A stretch of DNA of 64,000 nt from Lytechinus pictus (lineage: Eukaryota), in NCBI RefSeq assembly GCF_037042905.1, contig NC_087250.1, positions 10,232,001 through 10,296,000 on the forward strand. Direction: 5' to 3'. Within the stretch, counting starts at the first letter, position 1, and each line of letters opens with the position of its first letter. A program made the translations under genes and the position numbers. Positions 62,901-64,000 of this stretch are shown piece by piece. The notes below the pieces were generated by a model, which had not been told where the DNA came from, did no database searches, and was given only the letters and a program-made list of their open reading frames with translations.

Positions 62901-62965
62901 GTTCCTGCAGCAAAGTCTCGAGAACACCTGTAATCTTACCAGATCATGATTGTAAAATTACAGGA
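56912..62965 (+). repeat. Local direct duplication, ~2.1 kb (56912-58999 and 60817-62965)
   Basis: The copies are colinear and highly similar from TTATACTTCATGGAC to AAATTACAGGA. Both contain the same MITE (57357-57631 and 61265-61539, TSD CTC). Confidence 0.92.
59010..60798. mobile_element. Partial copy of the 8312-10971 element, with an unrelated insertion at ~59655-60175
   Basis: It is the reverse complement of ~8312-9540 and ends in TTCTATCCTGGACTA. The insertion has a TTTCCCTCGG..CCCTCGGGAAA hairpin-like motif. Confidence 0.75.
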
Positions 62966-63150
62966 AATTGGTATTTGGTGTATGGAACCTTACAAATTTC
63001 CTTTGATAAAACACACTTTTCCCCTTTTTAAACAGACCTGTTCTGTTAAATTGCAGAAAAAATAATGTTTTATGAATTTACAGAATGATCCTGTTACTGC
63101 TTTCTGCAAAATCTTTTTTTTTTCTGTAAAATCATGGTTTTTTAACAGTG
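62866..63150. mobile_element. CACTG-ended MITE (second family), complete here and truncated at 58999 in the first duplicate
   Basis: Ends are TA|CACTGTTAGAAAA ... TTTTTAACAGTG|TA. Confidence 0.75.
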
Positions 63151-63317
63151 TAGATAGATTCATATTAAAAGAAATTCTTATTCTGTCGCAAATCTCATTA
63201 TTATAAAACGTCCATATACGTGATTACATCGGACTCTGACAGTATTAATCCAATCAATCATGTAATAAGTTCAGTAAGTTGTCTTAAGGATAATTGTAAA
63301 AAAACAAAACAAAAAAC

Positions 63318-64000
63318 AAACAAGTGGAACGCCTCTGGCAGTCTTGCCTATATTACGTGATTCAATATAGTAGCAGTGCTGACTTTGATAACAGCTATTG
63401 AATAATATTGTTATTCACAAAAGAAAATAATAAAATACTAGGTCCATTGACCCAACATGACGTTTGACAATAATCACGTGACCTAAGACGTGTGCAAAAC
63501 GATAACCCTAATGTCTATGTTTCATGAACTACATGTGTAATTGATGCCAATTCAAATGACCTTTGTCCTGTGAACTGAATCTCGGGCAGGATGTTCAGTA
63601 ATCCTTGATTAACCTTATGTCCAAGTTTCATGAACCAGATCCATAAACTTTCAAAGTTATGATGGAAATCAACAAATATCCCCAATATGGCCATAGTTCA
63701 TTTACCCTAAATGACCCTTGACCTTGGTCATGTGACCTGAAGCTCAGGCAGGATTGTCTTGATTGCCCTATATGTCCAAGTTTAATGAACCAGGTCCATA
63801 AACACTTTAATTTATGATGACATCTCAAAAACTTAACCTTCGGTTAAGATTTTGATGTTGATATCCCCAACATGGTCTAAGTTCGTTGACCCTGAATGAC
63901 CTTTGTCATGTGACCTCAAACTCTAGCAGGATGTTCAGTAATACTTGATAACCATTATATACTCTATACTCTCTAAGTTATGATGACATTTTCAACAACA
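63318..64000. repeat. Repeat with tandem TGACCTT(T)GACC subunits, possibly a Helitron/Helentron-derived non-autonomous element
   Basis: It begins with AACAAG after an A-tract, followed by ~140-bp units with ATGACCTTTG..ATGTGACCT and CAGGATGTTCAGTAAT. The class is inferred. Confidence 0.45.

Overview
AT-rich, repeat-dense animal genomic DNA. The repeat families suggest a sea urchin or other echinoderm (inference). Host genes: (1) the first coding exon of vinculin (4702-4646, minus; MPVFHTKTIEAILDPVAQQ|GT), which the ORF track misses, with its intron running off the window start; (2) an intronless 1117-aa LRR-Ig-TM receptor gene (37042-33689, minus) whose last residues and stop codon come from a MITE. 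Coding transposons: a three-exon THAP/P-element transposase (18783-13281) with C-terminal lesions inside a ~7.9-kb element, and an uninterrupted APE-RT LINE ORF2 (49248-46267) inside a TIR DNA element. Much of the rest resolves, through readable TIRs and target-site duplications (TSDs), into stacks of nested non-autonomous elements up to five levels deep, plus tRNA-SINEs, LINE relics and a 2.1-kb local duplication. The most unusual items are a (TA)n-flanked cassette (55159-55837) carrying a near-perfect tRNA cloverleaf with a UCA (opal-reading) anticodon next to a long hairpin with hammerhead-like cores, and an orphan heat-shock-type promoter (HSE plus TATA, ~22088-22190) with no evident protein downstream. 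All calls were read by eye and no searches were run.
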